Shown: positions 21,153 to 32,085 of the stretch, piece after piece | Layout of the letters: each line of letters begins with the position of its first letter | How positions within the stretch are numbered: position 1 is the stretch's first letter | From: a virus | Lineage: Duplodnaviria > Caudoviricetes | Reading direction: 5' to 3' (one strand) | Virus record (IMG/VR): IMGVR_UViG_3300037297_000386 | Length of the DNA: 64,000 nt | Notes under the pieces: model-generated | The model's input: only the letters and a program-made list of their open reading frames with translations | Database searches by the model: none | Told to the model about the DNA's origin: nothing | Program-made: the position numbers and the translations under genes

Positions 21153-21973
21153 TTCTTGGTACACTCCTGTAATTTATATTTTTTATATCTTTCATATTTT
21201 CTATCTAAACGAGTTTGTTCTGTTGAACCAGCATACAGCCAATCTAGAATTGAATAAGTTTGTAGACCAGAATATTCTAAATTGTGTTTGTTTCCAAGGC
21301 ATTTAATTTTTGGATTACCAGTAATGTTTTCTTTTTCAATTATACTTTTAAGCCATTTTATTATATATTTAGATCCAGAAACTATGTGTATTCTTGGTTT
21401 ATTACTATGTTTGTGCCAACCTATAGAACCATCACCATCAATATATCCACGAATATAATGATTAATCATATTATCAGGAATATTTGGAGGTTGTAAAACA
21501 AATGTTTTGTTTGGTACAATGTTAAATTTTTCAGCAACATCTTTGACAATTTTATTAGACACAATTGACATAGTTACATATTTAAATGTTTTTATTCCTC
21601 TTAATCTAGATCTTTCCCATAACATTGTATCCCGATTTACAAATCTGCATAGTTTTTCTAAATGTCTATAATCAGAATATTGCAATTCAACATGGATCAT
21701 GTTTTTAGAAACATTGCCATCTGCCGCTATAAAACCTGCCCAATAACATGATTCTTTTGTAAATTTATTAAAAGAATCATGGTTTACAAAATGGCGCATA
21801 TTTTTTCTTATACCAAGTTTTCTTAATCTGTCTAACACGGTCCAACGGGAAATATTGAATTTTTCGCCTATTTCTTTCATAGTAAGATTATCTACCAAAT
21901 ATAATCTTACTATTTCTTTGTTATCAATATTGTATCCTTTGCAACCGACCTTATTAAGATTTCTTCTATCCAT
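21149..21973 (-). CDS. Free-standing LAGLIDADG homing endonuclease with N-terminal HTH
   Basis: Two motifs, YWAGFIAADG and YIRGYIDGDG, plus an HTH-like MKEIGEKFNISRWTV. Inserted between sheath and tube. Confidence 0.85.
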   Translation of the reverse strand: MDRRNLNKVGCKGYNIDNKEIVRLYLVDNLTMKEIGEKFNISRWTVLDRLRKLGIRKNMRHFVNHDSFNKFTKESCYWAGFIAADGNVSKNMIHVELQYSDYRHLEKLCRFVNRDTMLWERSRLRGIKTFKYVTMSIVSNKIVKDVAEKFNIVPNKTFVLQPPNIPDNMINHYIRGYIDGDGSIGWHKHSNKPRIHIVSGSKYIIKWLKSIIEKENITGNPKIKCLGNKHNLEYSGLQTYSILDWLYAGSTEQTRLDRKYERYKKYKLQECTKK

Positions 21974-21989
21974 TTTATTCTATTGATTT

Positions 21990-24557
21990 TTATAACAATC
22001 CTACCGAAACATCGATAAAAATCCAATTCACAGGATAGTTAGGAGAAACCTCAACGGAAACATTAAATTGCCTTGGATCCACGTCATCGCGGCCAACGTT
22101 CAAATTCCTGAATGTAGTTAATATTCCTTGTGCAATCAGAGCCTGCAAAGCCTTAGTTACCATTGCAGCAATTGAAGCAACTAATGTTGGATCTTCTGGT
22201 TGACCGATAAATCCTTGAAGAACATTTCGTAATACTTTAGCAGTTCTATCTCGAATAAATACAATTGATAACTCTTCTTCTTCTGCCAGACCACTAGATG
22301 TAGTTGTCTTACCATGTAACATTTTACCGCCACCAACTATTGGCTGTACTACTATAACTCCATTGTCACCAAGTTCATTTAATTCAATTGGTCGTAAGAT
22401 CTTACTACGTAAAATCACAAATCCTGTCAAATTTTTCTTGGTTAGGGGCTGTGCAACATTCGGTTCTGATGCTAACAATCCACCAGCAGCAGCTGCCATG
22501 TAGAATCCAGGTATTGTAGTACGAGTACCACTAATTACTCTAATGATTTCATCTGGCCAGAAATATGCACATCTAAAAGTATGGCCATAATTGGTACTAA
22601 CGTCAAAATTTTGTAAATCTTCAATATTATTTGCTAATACTTCTTCAGCGTCGTCACCCTGTATGCCTTCAACAACGCCAATATCCTCAACCGCTACTAG
22701 TTCTCTGCCAGCTAAAGCCGCATTTGTAACACCAGGTTGAGCACCTATCAATGCCACTCGTTCATATTTATTTGCTGTATTACTCATCAAAATACAATGT
22801 GATACTGTAGCCTGTTGGATAGCACTATAACAACAATTTGGTAGCGGCACTACCATCTGAACATCAATTGCTTCAAGTGATTCAAGTGCAGCAGCCCAAT
22901 TATTGTCGTAAAAGTCAGCATCATCTTGATCAATATAACTAATTTTTAGACCATCTCGTTGCCTGATTGTTCCATTAGTATATAAATCACCAGTTAGTAA
23001 CAATCTAGCTGACTGATCAGCATCATCTACCAGTTCCCACCTAAGGTCAGTTAATGAAGCAGTCCACCCAGAGAACCCAGTTTTTGTAACTGTAATGATC
23101 GAGTCGTCACCAGCTCCATCACCAACTGCAGTAATAGTATATTCTCCGGCTACATCACTAGCATCATTTCCATATCTATCGCGACTCAAAATTCTTAATT
23201 TTTTAAGAGTATCAACTTCTCCAGCCTCTATATTATAAGCCGCAAAAGATGCCGAGTCGGCTTGAAAAGTGTATTGACCAGCAACAGTTATACCATCGTG
23301 CCCTTCGTCTTCAACTTGGCCATCTAAAATAACTGTGTAACTATACGTATAATTCGGATTATCTATGAAACCATTAAATGGATCAGATGTAATACCGGAA
23401 TTAAAAAATTCTACTTTAGTTGGAAATATTTGAGTTTCTGTGTTACTATCATCTCTATCTATCACAAAAATATTAACAACTGTATCTGTATCAGGTATAC
23501 CGCCATCAATAGTGTACCTAAAAGCATCTATGTCACTTGAAGACAGTGGGATTCCAACTGGAGGAAAACCCTCTGTCGAGGTTGACAATGGATTATCAGA
23601 CTCTAAGAGTACCTCAGTAGTTCTTCTCGGAATAGGAGGTTTTGTTTGTAATGCAAGAATACCAAAGGCACCGTTCTCAAAAGCCATTTCAGCGCCAAGA
23701 GACAAAGTATTCGTAGCAGATGGAGTACCATGTTTTGCATAAAGTTTATTCGAATCTACGAAAAATTGTGGATCCAATAAATCTTCATTGGCTATGTATC
23801 TAGCTTCCAACAGGTCTCCTTCAGATAAAACGCGACTTGAAACTCTAACAGTGAAACGGTCGCCACGTTCGAAGGCTACTGATCCCTCAGTAATTGCAAC
23901 TCTTAGGATTCCGTTGTCGCGAACTTCACCATCACTAATAAAAACGACTGGGGCCCCATAGGCATCAACTGGTTGGCCTGATTCTGACCCTGTAGCCGTA
24001 AATACAGTGACTCCTGGGACTGGGTCACCGTAAGCATCTCGTATTACACTCGTGGCTCTAAATGTCCATGTTTCGGTCGGAGCATTGGCATCAATGAGTT
24101 CAATAGTAGACATAGACCCATCACCAACATTTGACGTACCAGGAGGAGCATACATACCACCCTGGTCAACAAGAGAGGCTCGTTGTAATTCTAAACGACC
24201 AGTGGATGGTTCTAAACGATAGTCATATCTATTATCGAAAGGATCAGTATCTATCGTATCTTCAAATCCAGTCAATGGAATGCCATTTAAATATACCGAT
24301 GTTCTTTTAGATACTAGATTGATTTTAGATAGTTCAAAATGTCTTCCATCGGAGGCACTGGATCCAGAGAAATCTGGGTTTACACCGTCAGCACCATCGC
24401 CCTCAGCGCTGAGAACTACCGTTTCTTCACGTTCTCCTAGTCCTATAATAGCTAAAATACGTAAGCCTCCTGGTATCGATATACCACGTCTGAAAGTGCG
24501 CACACGTGAAAAGACTCCTATTTGTGAATAGCCAGCGAGTCCAGGGATATTTGCCAT
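21990..24557 (-). CDS. Contractile tail sheath protein (855 aa)
   Basis: N-terminal PG..GY.Q.GVFSR and C-terminal sheath domain (ELNELGDNGVIVV...GKTT...EELSIVFIRD...DPRQFNVSVEVSPNYPVNWIFI). Confidence 0.9.
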   Translation of the reverse strand: MANIPGLAGYSQIGVFSRVRTFRRGISIPGGLRILAIIGLGEREETVVLSAEGDGADGVNPDFSGSSASDGRHFELSKINLVSKRTSVYLNGIPLTGFEDTIDTDPFDNRYDYRLEPSTGRLELQRASLVDQGGMYAPPGTSNVGDGSMSTIELIDANAPTETWTFRATSVIRDAYGDPVPGVTVFTATGSESGQPVDAYGAPVVFISDGEVRDNGILRVAITEGSVAFERGDRFTVRVSSRVLSEGDLLEARYIANEDLLDPQFFVDSNKLYAKHGTPSATNTLSLGAEMAFENGAFGILALQTKPPIPRRTTEVLLESDNPLSTSTEGFPPVGIPLSSSDIDAFRYTIDGGIPDTDTVVNIFVIDRDDSNTETQIFPTKVEFFNSGITSDPFNGFIDNPNYTYSYTVILDGQVEDEGHDGITVAGQYTFQADSASFAAYNIEAGEVDTLKKLRILSRDRYGNDASDVAGEYTITAVGDGAGDDSIITVTKTGFSGWTASLTDLRWELVDDADQSARLLLTGDLYTNGTIRQRDGLKISYIDQDDADFYDNNWAAALESLEAIDVQMVVPLPNCCYSAIQQATVSHCILMSNTANKYERVALIGAQPGVTNAALAGRELVAVEDIGVVEGIQGDDAEEVLANNIEDLQNFDVSTNYGHTFRCAYFWPDEIIRVISGTRTTIPGFYMAAAAGGLLASEPNVAQPLTKKNLTGFVILRSKILRPIELNELGDNGVIVVQPIVGGGKMLHGKTTTSSGLAEEEELSIVFIRDRTAKVLRNVLQGFIGQPEDPTLVASIAAMVTKALQALIAQGILTTFRNLNVGRDDVDPRQFNVSVEVSPNYPVNWIFIDVSVGLL

Positions 24558-24572
24558 CGTTCAATTCTCCTA

Positions 24573-25496
24573 TTAATAGCTTATTTTTGATCCTTTTTTA
24601 AAATTATCTGTTGCCCATAATGGCTGTAAATTAGTATAATGACATGCCTCAAGAAATTGTTTTCTATCCGTCAAATCAAAACTCGCTAACGGACGAATAT
24701 GATCTATATGCCAACCGCCAAATCCATAATTTTCCCAAGTCATTCCATATTGAAATTTGGTTTCTAGATATTGTTTTAGATCTGCTATCGAACAACCCAA
24801 ATCTCGGACTGCTGATCCAGATTTTTGATTATTTCGTATAGCATCGCCTAATCTTGTCCGTAATCTGCATGCCAATTTATATTGTATATCGGTTCTTTCT
24901 CTATTATTACGATATTTACAAGCCCGAGATAAAATTTTAAGCTTATTTTTCTTATAATATTTTTTATTTCGTTCTATTATTTTTTCTTTATTATTGACAC
25001 GATATTGTCTGTCTCGTTCTATTATTTTTTCTTTATTATTACAGCGATATTCACTTTTTTGGGCATTTATTTTATTTCTATTTTTGGATCTATATATTTT
25101 TTGATTGATATTTATTTTTTCTTTATTTCTAATATAATATGCTCTTCTACTATTCTTAGAATTCTCATTTTTAGATATCTTATTATTTATTATATTAGTA
25201 CAAGTTTTACATTCAGACCTGTATTTCTTAGTATCTTCTCTAAAATAAAACTCAAATATAGGTTTTATTTCATCGCATTTTCGACACTGTTTACTTCCAG
25301 ACTCTACTTCTTCTCTATATTTCTGTAATTTTTGTTTCCTTTTAGCTCTTCTTTCATCTATATTTATACAATATTCTTTATGACGTATATTATCACATTT
25401 TTTACAACAATTACGATATTTACTTGTGTCCTTCCGAAAAGAGAAATCTAATAATGTTTTTATTTTACCACATTTTATACATTTCTTACTATCCAT
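24573..25496 (-). CDS. HNH-family endonuclease with N-terminal CxxC modules
   Basis: Two KxCxKC...F..RKD...CKxC modules, a basic coiled linker and C-terminal WHIDHIRPL...HYTNLQPLWA.DN.KK. Paralog of 53467-54351. Confidence 0.85.
   Translation of the reverse strand: MDSKKCIKCGKIKTLLDFSFRKDTSKYRNCCKKCDNIRHKEYCINIDERRAKRKQKLQKYREEVESGSKQCRKCDEIKPIFEFYFREDTKKYRSECKTCTNIINNKISKNENSKNSRRAYYIRNKEKININQKIYRSKNRNKINAQKSEYRCNNKEKIIERDRQYRVNNKEKIIERNKKYYKKNKLKILSRACKYRNNRERTDIQYKLACRLRTRLGDAIRNNQKSGSAVRDLGCSIADLKQYLETKFQYGMTWENYGFGGWHIDHIRPLASFDLTDRKQFLEACHYTNLQPLWATDNFKKGSKISY
24969..25040. repeat. 45-bp-period tandem duplication inside the HNH gene
   Basis: TCGTTCTATTATTTTTTCTTTATTATT is identical at 24969-24995 and 25014-25040, encoding NNKEKIIER twice. 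Confidence 0.85.
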
Positions 25497-25561
25497 TAAA
25501 TAAACCTCTATCTACACCTAATATGTAAATATTGATAGATTTTATACATTATTTGATAGGT

Positions 25562-26338
25562 TTATATTATATCAGCCATGGTAATCTGTTCATTAACAGT
25601 CAAAGCATCAGATGTTTCTCCATCTATTGTCCCAAATGCCAAACATACACCAATCCGCTCCACAATATTACTAATTGGTATATGCACTTTCCATTCACTT
25701 CTCGTATCCAAATTGACTGAAACCATATATAAATAATCATTAGCATATGGTTCTTCAATCTCACCAGATGTAGAAAGAGATTTTATAAATAGCCCTGCCC
25801 TTTGTAAATCCATGCGTTTTGTACCCATAAGAGTTACTTGAACAATATCAGCTATTTCTTCACGATCTATTTCATTCTCTGATACAATTTTAACTTCAAA
25901 TGTCTGATCCCAAGCTCCGACAAGTGTATGATAAGCAGGAGTATAAATAACAGAACTGTTGCCATAACCATCTGTAATTATTTCTTTTCTATTAATAACA
26001 CCTAATAAATTTTGGTTAAATGAAATAGGAACATATCTACTACCAGTATTTTTAACAATAATAGATGGATTAAATTTTATATCATATCTGTATGTACTTC
26101 CTATAAAAATTCGCGTAGTTTCTTCATCATCTAATCCGGCATTAGGATCAAGGCCTAAATGATAAGGAGTCTTGGGAAACCCAAAAACAGAGGAAACATA
26201 CTTATACTCTCTATCTTGTGAAAAAATTTCACGAAGTGTATCGATTAAAATACTTTTACCATGAAATATTCCAGTTTGTTGTACAACATGTTGTAAATTA
26301 AAAATATCAGATATTGCACGATGTGAAACAAGTGTCAT
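25562..26338 (-). CDS. Probable tail completion/terminator protein
   Basis: 258 aa upstream of the sheath. The pattern PSIIV...GAWDQTFEVKIVSEN..DREEIAD..YLYMVSVNLDTRSEW fits the tail-terminator fold. Assigned mainly by synteny. Confidence 0.55.
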   Translation of the reverse strand: MTLVSHRAISDIFNLQHVVQQTGIFHGKSILIDTLREIFSQDREYKYVSSVFGFPKTPYHLGLDPNAGLDDEETTRIFIGSTYRYDIKFNPSIIVKNTGSRYVPISFNQNLLGVINRKEIITDGYGNSSVIYTPAYHTLVGAWDQTFEVKIVSENEIDREEIADIVQVTLMGTKRMDLQRAGLFIKSLSTSGEIEEPYANDYLYMVSVNLDTRSEWKVHIPISNIVERIGVCLAFGTIDGETSDALTVNEQITMADII

Positions 26339-26352
26339 ATTTTCCTCAACAA

Positions 26353-26952
26353 TTATGTTATTTCTAATTCAGTTTGGCCATCTGGAAGTTTTTCTGGAAC
26401 TTCAAAATTAATATTTTGAGGAAGCAATTTCTTTCCATTAATTTCTCCTTCAAATAAAGCAACATATCTACCGGAAGGTAATTGGCTCATCCAATGCCCA
26501 GCCCTATTTGTTTTTGTTTGTTTTATCAATTTATCTTTTTCATCGTATATTTTTACTGATGCATTGGCTAATGGAACCGCACTTTCTCCTTTTGCAATTT
26601 TTAATTTTCCTTTTACCATAATACTTTTTGATTTTTTTAAAACAGGCCTATTTGTTTTATTTTTTATGCGATTATCTTTTAATTTTGCCGCGTCAACTGG
26701 TTCAAAATTAAAATTTTGAAATCCAGATTTTTGTTTTATTTTGTCTATCTTTTTATTTACATCAGATATACCAGGTGCTGTGGCTCGGGCCCACCCATCT
26801 AAAGGCGTATTGGTTGCTTTCTCAACCAACTCGGCCAAATTTGTACTATTTATAATAGTTTTTATATTATTATCCATTACATCTAATCTTTTTTCTAAAT
26901 TCACCAAATGAGATAATATTTCTTCTAACATATCAATTCCAGATCTTGTCAT
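26353..26952 (-). CDS. Protein with N-terminal coiled coil and C-terminal prealbumin-like beta-sandwich
   Basis: PLANASVKIYD...QTKTNRAGHW...LPSGRY resembles carboxypeptidase-regulatory/CnaB-type domains. Confidence 0.55.
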   Translation of the reverse strand: MTRSGIDMLEEILSHLVNLEKRLDVMDNNIKTIINSTNLAELVEKATNTPLDGWARATAPGISDVNKKIDKIKQKSGFQNFNFEPVDAAKLKDNRIKNKTNRPVLKKSKSIMVKGKLKIAKGESAVPLANASVKIYDEKDKLIKQTKTNRAGHWMSQLPSGRYVALFEGEINGKKLLPQNINFEVPEKLPDGQTELEIT

Positions 26953-26970
26953 TTCTTACTCTCCATAATA

Positions 26971-29900
26971 TTAATATCTAAATCTTATAGTAACCCCATA
27001 AACTCTAATATTATCCATACTTGTTGGATTCACGTAAAAATGTGTAATCCGAACATAATATCTAAAAGCGTTATGGTTAATAACCTCTGTTAAACCGCTA
27101 ATTTCTCCGGCGCCACCCGTTATATGGGCATATCCGAAATAACCACTAACATTCATTTCATTAGAACCAACTGTAGTTCCTATTACTTCGGATTCAAATT
27201 CGGATTCAAGTAATTTTCTCTTTATTATTTCTGCATTAAAATATTCACTGCCAGATTGTGGAGCGTTTCTTCCTTGTACTTGTATTCCAGTCAATGTTGA
27301 GCCATTCGGTATATTAGATATAGGAAAATATAAATATCGTGTATATATGCCAGAATTATCTGATATAGTCCAATAGTCTCTCGTACCATCCATTCTCCAC
27401 TGTGCTTCATATCCATCATATCCTGGGACCGCTGACGAAGCTGGTAAGCCAACAGCATCAGGTAAACCACGGTTTATTCCTATAGTATTATTGTTTGTAT
27501 AAAGTGATAATTGAGAAATGGTTGGCCCAATTTGCAAGCTACTAGCACTATACGTAGACGTATCTGGTAAACTATTTCCAATAAACATACATCCTGATAC
27601 TTCAACATTCGGCATTCTAATTGGGGCACCAGTTAAATTAGTCGTAATTATAGAATTATTTGTGATAGTGACATTTGTTACTTTGTTGGCCGCATATATA
27701 CCATGTGTCCCTTGACCTTCTAAAATATTTCCTGTTATTGTTGTACTGTCCATATTTTGTTCCATATTAATAAACACAGTATCAGCGGTTGCTTTACTAT
27801 CATTCTTTAATCTATTGCCAGAAACAATATGATAATTACCATTCAAATTAATAAGAACTGACATGGTTGTTCCTTCAATAGTATTACCAATTATTTTCAT
27901 TCCTTCGTTAGCCGTGCTTTTATTAGATATACCAACTGAATTCTCATTTACCATATCCATAATAGAATTATTCACAATATCAATGTAACTGGATTCAGCA
28001 TAAATACCATAATTGAAAGAATAATCAGTTGATGGGTCGGGCGTACTAAAATGATTGGTAGAAATTTTACTGCGTTCGCCTTTCCAATAAATTCCATAAT
28101 TTCCTGGGCCAATTAATTTATTGTCTGATATATTTGCCCTATGTGCATTACCATATATATATCTAGCATTAGTATTTCCGATTCTATCTAATGTATTACC
28201 AATGATTGACGCCAATGTAGAAGTATTCTTAACGTAAATACCATAACGAGCCTCACTGTTGATCAACATGTTATTTTCTATGTTAATAGAATCAACACTA
28301 TCGTCTATCCAAACAAGAGCTGTATTGTCATAATTTGAATCATAAACTATCGAGTTCGATATAGTATTACCATGCAACATCGCATGTTCGACATCTTCTA
28401 TGTAAATGCCATATACAAAGCTGTCTCGCAATTTAATGTTATTTATATAATTATTAAATAATGAAAGATATGATATTTTATTACCAGTTGCTGATTCACT
28501 TATAACCCTAATTCCATTAGATATTCGATTTTCTTCCCCACTATCTAGTTCCCCAGTTATAGTATTATTATTAATTCTTAATGTCTCTATACTTTCGCCT
28601 ATATCTACATAAATACCACGAATATCTGTATTATTTACATCAAGTGCCTTGATAGTGTTCCTGGTTATTTGTATATTATTGGATGATCGAACAGATGTTC
28701 CAACTTTTATCCCGTTAGAAACTCCAATTCCAGAAACATTAGTAATATTATTATTATCAATTATCATATTATTACATCCAGTATCACATATTATACCAGA
28801 ATAAATATTATCAATTTTGTTATTAATGATACTTACATTGTCTGATGCGTTTATTGTGATACCTATATCATAACTATTGGTCGATATTGTATCGCCAAAT
28901 CTAAACAGACATCTTTCGATATTAACATTTGAACCATCAATCAATATAAGTGATCCCTGCAAACCAACAGTAGCGCTTAGAATTTCGATATTTTCGAGAT
29001 TATTATTTCCCTCTAGAGTAATAAAATTATCACCATGTTCTAACTCATTTATTATTTGACTTTTCCCGTTTCCACCAAATGGTACATTTCCAATAATAGA
29101 AACACCATTTGGTACGACTAATGGATTTTTAGGATAGACTGGATTTATTATTCGTATTATTAACTTTTCTTTATTTGGATAATGGTTCGCATACAACAAT
29201 GCGCCTTCAAGACTTCTAAAGTTTCCAATTACATTATTTGTTTCATCAACTATGATATCTATTTTATCATCTAGATTGTTGGTAAATTTTCTAATATCTA
29301 CCACATTTTCAATATTACCATTATTTACGGTTATTTGATACAATGGCAATATTTTACCAAATGTTGCATCGGCATTATATCCATCAGTCAGTATTTCACC
29401 AAGTTCATCACTTAATACTTGTATAGATCCAAAATCATTTATTCCAACTATTCGTATAGAATTGTTTAATATTATTCCTTCTGAATCTTGCACATTTACT
29501 ATAACTTTTTGAGTCTCTATTGCTAAACGAACCCCATTGACATAGGCAATTCCACCACGCAACGGTAAAGCTGCCATATCAGTAACAGAATCATAATATG
29601 GAATATCAAGAAGATCGAAACCACGTACAATACCATTAGAGCGCAACTCAGATGTTGGCCTTTGACTGAATATCTCGATAAAGTCATCTCTTATTTCATT
29701 CGAACTAATATTACCAAATAAACGATTATCTATTATATTTGTAATCGAATGGGTACCATCAAAATGTACAGTAGCTAATAAAAAGGCCTCATCTGGTGGA
29801 ATAGACTCACTTATAGTTGCAATTTCTAATCCCCCTGGTATATTTCCTGGAATGATTTTAAAAAGCATATAATCTAGACCGTTTGGATGATATAATTTAA

Positions 29901-32040
29901 AACTACCTATAAAATTTTCATGTATCCTTACAGTTTCTCCAGAGACAGTATCATCTACAATATTAAAATCTACAAAATCACCGTCCAGGGTTACTAATAT
30001 CATTACATCGCCAATTGGAAATGAATCAGATATATTTATAATCTGAACGCCCGAGCCAAGTGTAGTTCCGTAGATTAATTTTTGATGAACAAATGTCTCC
30101 CCACCAGCACTAATAAGAACTTGTACTAGCCCCATATCAGTTTCTGTACTTTCTAGTATATCTAATGGAATATTAGAAGATGATACTCTAACATTAAAAG
30201 TTGTAGGATTATTAGGAGAATCAATTTTTTCTTTACTAAATAATGACACACTTGTTGAATTAGATGAAAGAACGACATAACTACCATTAGTATCTAATGT
30301 TGGGTGCCCAGTAATATGTAAAATCGACCCGGGCCCAATACCATATCTGATTGGATTCACAAGTAATCCATTTTTCCATAACATAAATGTACTTGATTCG
30401 CTAGTTATACTAGCGTATCCATCGAAGGTGTCAGATAATCCGGTCAGAGAAACGCCATTAATTGAATATTTGGTATTATTATTTCCATAAATCTTCTGAT
30501 CGACGATATTAGCACCATAGGCATCAAATCCTAATGGATAATTACCAGTATAACCATCAACTATTTCAAGTGTGTAATCTGGACCAATCCAATTGTGTGC
30601 AATAGCTAACTCATTTCCTATCCTAAATGCTGTAATTGGAAAATGGTACCCTAAATCAGGGTCACTCACATAGGCATTAATTCTTTCTGCTACAGAGCTA
30701 GAATCCACTGGATCTGCTTGACCAGTCCCCAATCGTTCTTGATGTAACCCAGGAATTATTATTTCTCTATAAAGAGAATTACCCATACCCACTTTAATAG
30801 CAATTTCATATCCATCGGAATTCAAAATAGATCCATTAAATCCTATACTCGTAGCTCTGGCAGAGCAAGGATTCATAATAGAAATCGTATCTACAATATT
30901 TTCATTACCAATTGAAGTACAAGCTAATGGGGCATATTCGCTAGAAATTGCTGATGGTTTGTATATGTTTACAACAACATTATCTCCATAGGATCTACTT
31001 TCAGAAAAAATGTGAAACACAAGTAATTCATCATTATCTAATTGTGGTAAATTACCAAGTGTTTTAGAACTGGTTAATGGGCCAATAGCACTAATTTGAT
31101 ATGTTCCACTATCAATTATACCACTTTGTTGGACAATTTCCAAAATATCGCCAGCTTCTACCCCTAAAGTAGCAAACGATGTTATATTAGGGATCTTAAT
31201 AACACTAGTCCCTTCAGTATAAGAGGCCCCAGATATAGTGTCAACCAAGCGACGATTAGAATTATAATAATTGCCAGAATTAATTTCTTTTAAAATTCCA
31301 TTCGAATGAAATTCGTCAATATGAGCAACACCAAGAGCCCCAGCACTTGCATCCATACTGTCTAATGCTTCTTGCACATTTATTGATGTTCTGTCTATGC
31401 TAACAAAATCGGTTGTATCAATGCCAATTTCAGATGCAATATGTTTAAATTGAGACGGTATGTTGCTATTAATATGCGGTACTATAGTATCGTTGCCAGA
31501 GATAATAATACCGGATAATTCGTTTATAGCATCTCCTATAGTAGTAGCTTCAAGTCCAGCAACGCCAATACTACTACCAACGTTTATTTTTATATTATAC
31601 CCATCATGATAATAGCCGCGCCCCAATGTGTGAATATTTAACATAGATGTTGAGCTAGACAAACCGGAAGATATGCCATTGAGATCAGTACGCATAGAAT
31701 CGACAAGATTTTTTAAATATGTCGTTCCATAATCTAATGCTAATTTTGATTCTTGTATACCAGCGGTTGCACCGATGTGTTTATTTAAAACAGGTAATGT
31801 TAGTAGTCCAATATTTTCAAGAGATGACGGTTTTATTCGCCCATTGGGATCTATTGATACATTAACTCTATCCACAAAAGATGAACGATTGCCTTGTGGA
31901 TTTAATCCGACCGTTTTTTGAATAATAAAAATCGCATCTCGCAGAGAATTAATAACATCGCCACTAATTTCACTGACATTTTGGTTAATGCGCGGTATTT
32001 CTAGATCACTATCTAATTCTAATGGATACGAAGTGCTCAT
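26971..32040 (-). CDS. Tail fibre/tailspike with C-terminal parallel beta-helix (1689 aa)
   Basis: N-terminal YP..LDSD.EIPR...INSLRDAI..I...G.NPQG anchor domain shared with the next gene. The C-terminal third is rich in I..N.I beta-helix repeats. Confidence 0.75.
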   Translation of the reverse strand: MSTSYPLELDSDLEIPRINQNVSEISGDVINSLRDAIFIIQKTVGLNPQGNRSSFVDRVNVSIDPNGRIKPSSLENIGLLTLPVLNKHIGATAGIQESKLALDYGTTYLKNLVDSMRTDLNGISSGLSSSTSMLNIHTLGRGYYHDGYNIKINVGSSIGVAGLEATTIGDAINELSGIIISGNDTIVPHINSNIPSQFKHIASEIGIDTTDFVSIDRTSINVQEALDSMDASAGALGVAHIDEFHSNGILKEINSGNYYNSNRRLVDTISGASYTEGTSVIKIPNITSFATLGVEAGDILEIVQQSGIIDSGTYQISAIGPLTSSKTLGNLPQLDNDELLVFHIFSESRSYGDNVVVNIYKPSAISSEYAPLACTSIGNENIVDTISIMNPCSARATSIGFNGSILNSDGYEIAIKVGMGNSLYREIIIPGLHQERLGTGQADPVDSSSVAERINAYVSDPDLGYHFPITAFRIGNELAIAHNWIGPDYTLEIVDGYTGNYPLGFDAYGANIVDQKIYGNNNTKYSINGVSLTGLSDTFDGYASITSESSTFMLWKNGLLVNPIRYGIGPGSILHITGHPTLDTNGSYVVLSSNSTSVSLFSKEKIDSPNNPTTFNVRVSSSNIPLDILESTETDMGLVQVLISAGGETFVHQKLIYGTTLGSGVQIINISDSFPIGDVMILVTLDGDFVDFNIVDDTVSGETVRIHENFIGSFKLYHPNGLDYMLFKIIPGNIPGGLEIATISESIPPDEAFLLATVHFDGTHSITNIIDNRLFGNISSNEIRDDFIEIFSQRPTSELRSNGIVRGFDLLDIPYYDSVTDMAALPLRGGIAYVNGVRLAIETQKVIVNVQDSEGIILNNSIRIVGINDFGSIQVLSDELGEILTDGYNADATFGKILPLYQITVNNGNIENVVDIRKFTNNLDDKIDIIVDETNNVIGNFRSLEGALLYANHYPNKEKLIIRIINPVYPKNPLVVPNGVSIIGNVPFGGNGKSQIINELEHGDNFITLEGNNNLENIEILSATVGLQGSLILIDGSNVNIERCLFRFGDTISTNSYDIGITINASDNVSIINNKIDNIYSGIICDTGCNNMIIDNNNITNVSGIGVSNGIKVGTSVRSSNNIQITRNTIKALDVNNTDIRGIYVDIGESIETLRINNNTITGELDSGEENRISNGIRVISESATGNKISYLSLFNNYINNIKLRDSFVYGIYIEDVEHAMLHGNTISNSIVYDSNYDNTALVWIDDSVDSINIENNMLINSEARYGIYVKNTSTLASIIGNTLDRIGNTNARYIYGNAHRANISDNKLIGPGNYGIYWKGERSKISTNHFSTPDPSTDYSFNYGIYAESSYIDIVNNSIMDMVNENSVGISNKSTANEGMKIIGNTIEGTTMSVLINLNGNYHIVSGNRLKNDSKATADTVFINMEQNMDSTTITGNILEGQGTHGIYAANKVTNVTITNNSIITTNLTGAPIRMPNVEVSGCMFIGNSLPDTSTYSASSLQIGPTISQLSLYTNNNTIGINRGLPDAVGLPASSAVPGYDGYEAQWRMDGTRDYWTISDNSGIYTRYLYFPISNIPNGSTLTGIQVQGRNAPQSGSEYFNAEIIKRKLLESEFESEVIGTTVGSNEMNVSGYFGYAHITGGAGEISGLTEVINHNAFRYYVRITHFYVNPTSMDNIRVYGVTIRFRY

Positions 32041-32085
32041 CTGGCTGCCTCATTAATTTTTTCTAAAAATCCAAATTTCATTGTA

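Noticed and set aside
10783-24557. Inteins in the oversized hub or sheath proteins
   Set aside because: No intein N-terminal block, terminal HN-C/S/T or embedded LAGLIDADG was recognised.
1-26338. Interpretation as an extracellular contractile injection system or tailocin
   Set aside because: A major capsid gene and head-closure/adaptor genes lie in the same co-oriented cluster, so a complete phage is the simpler reading.
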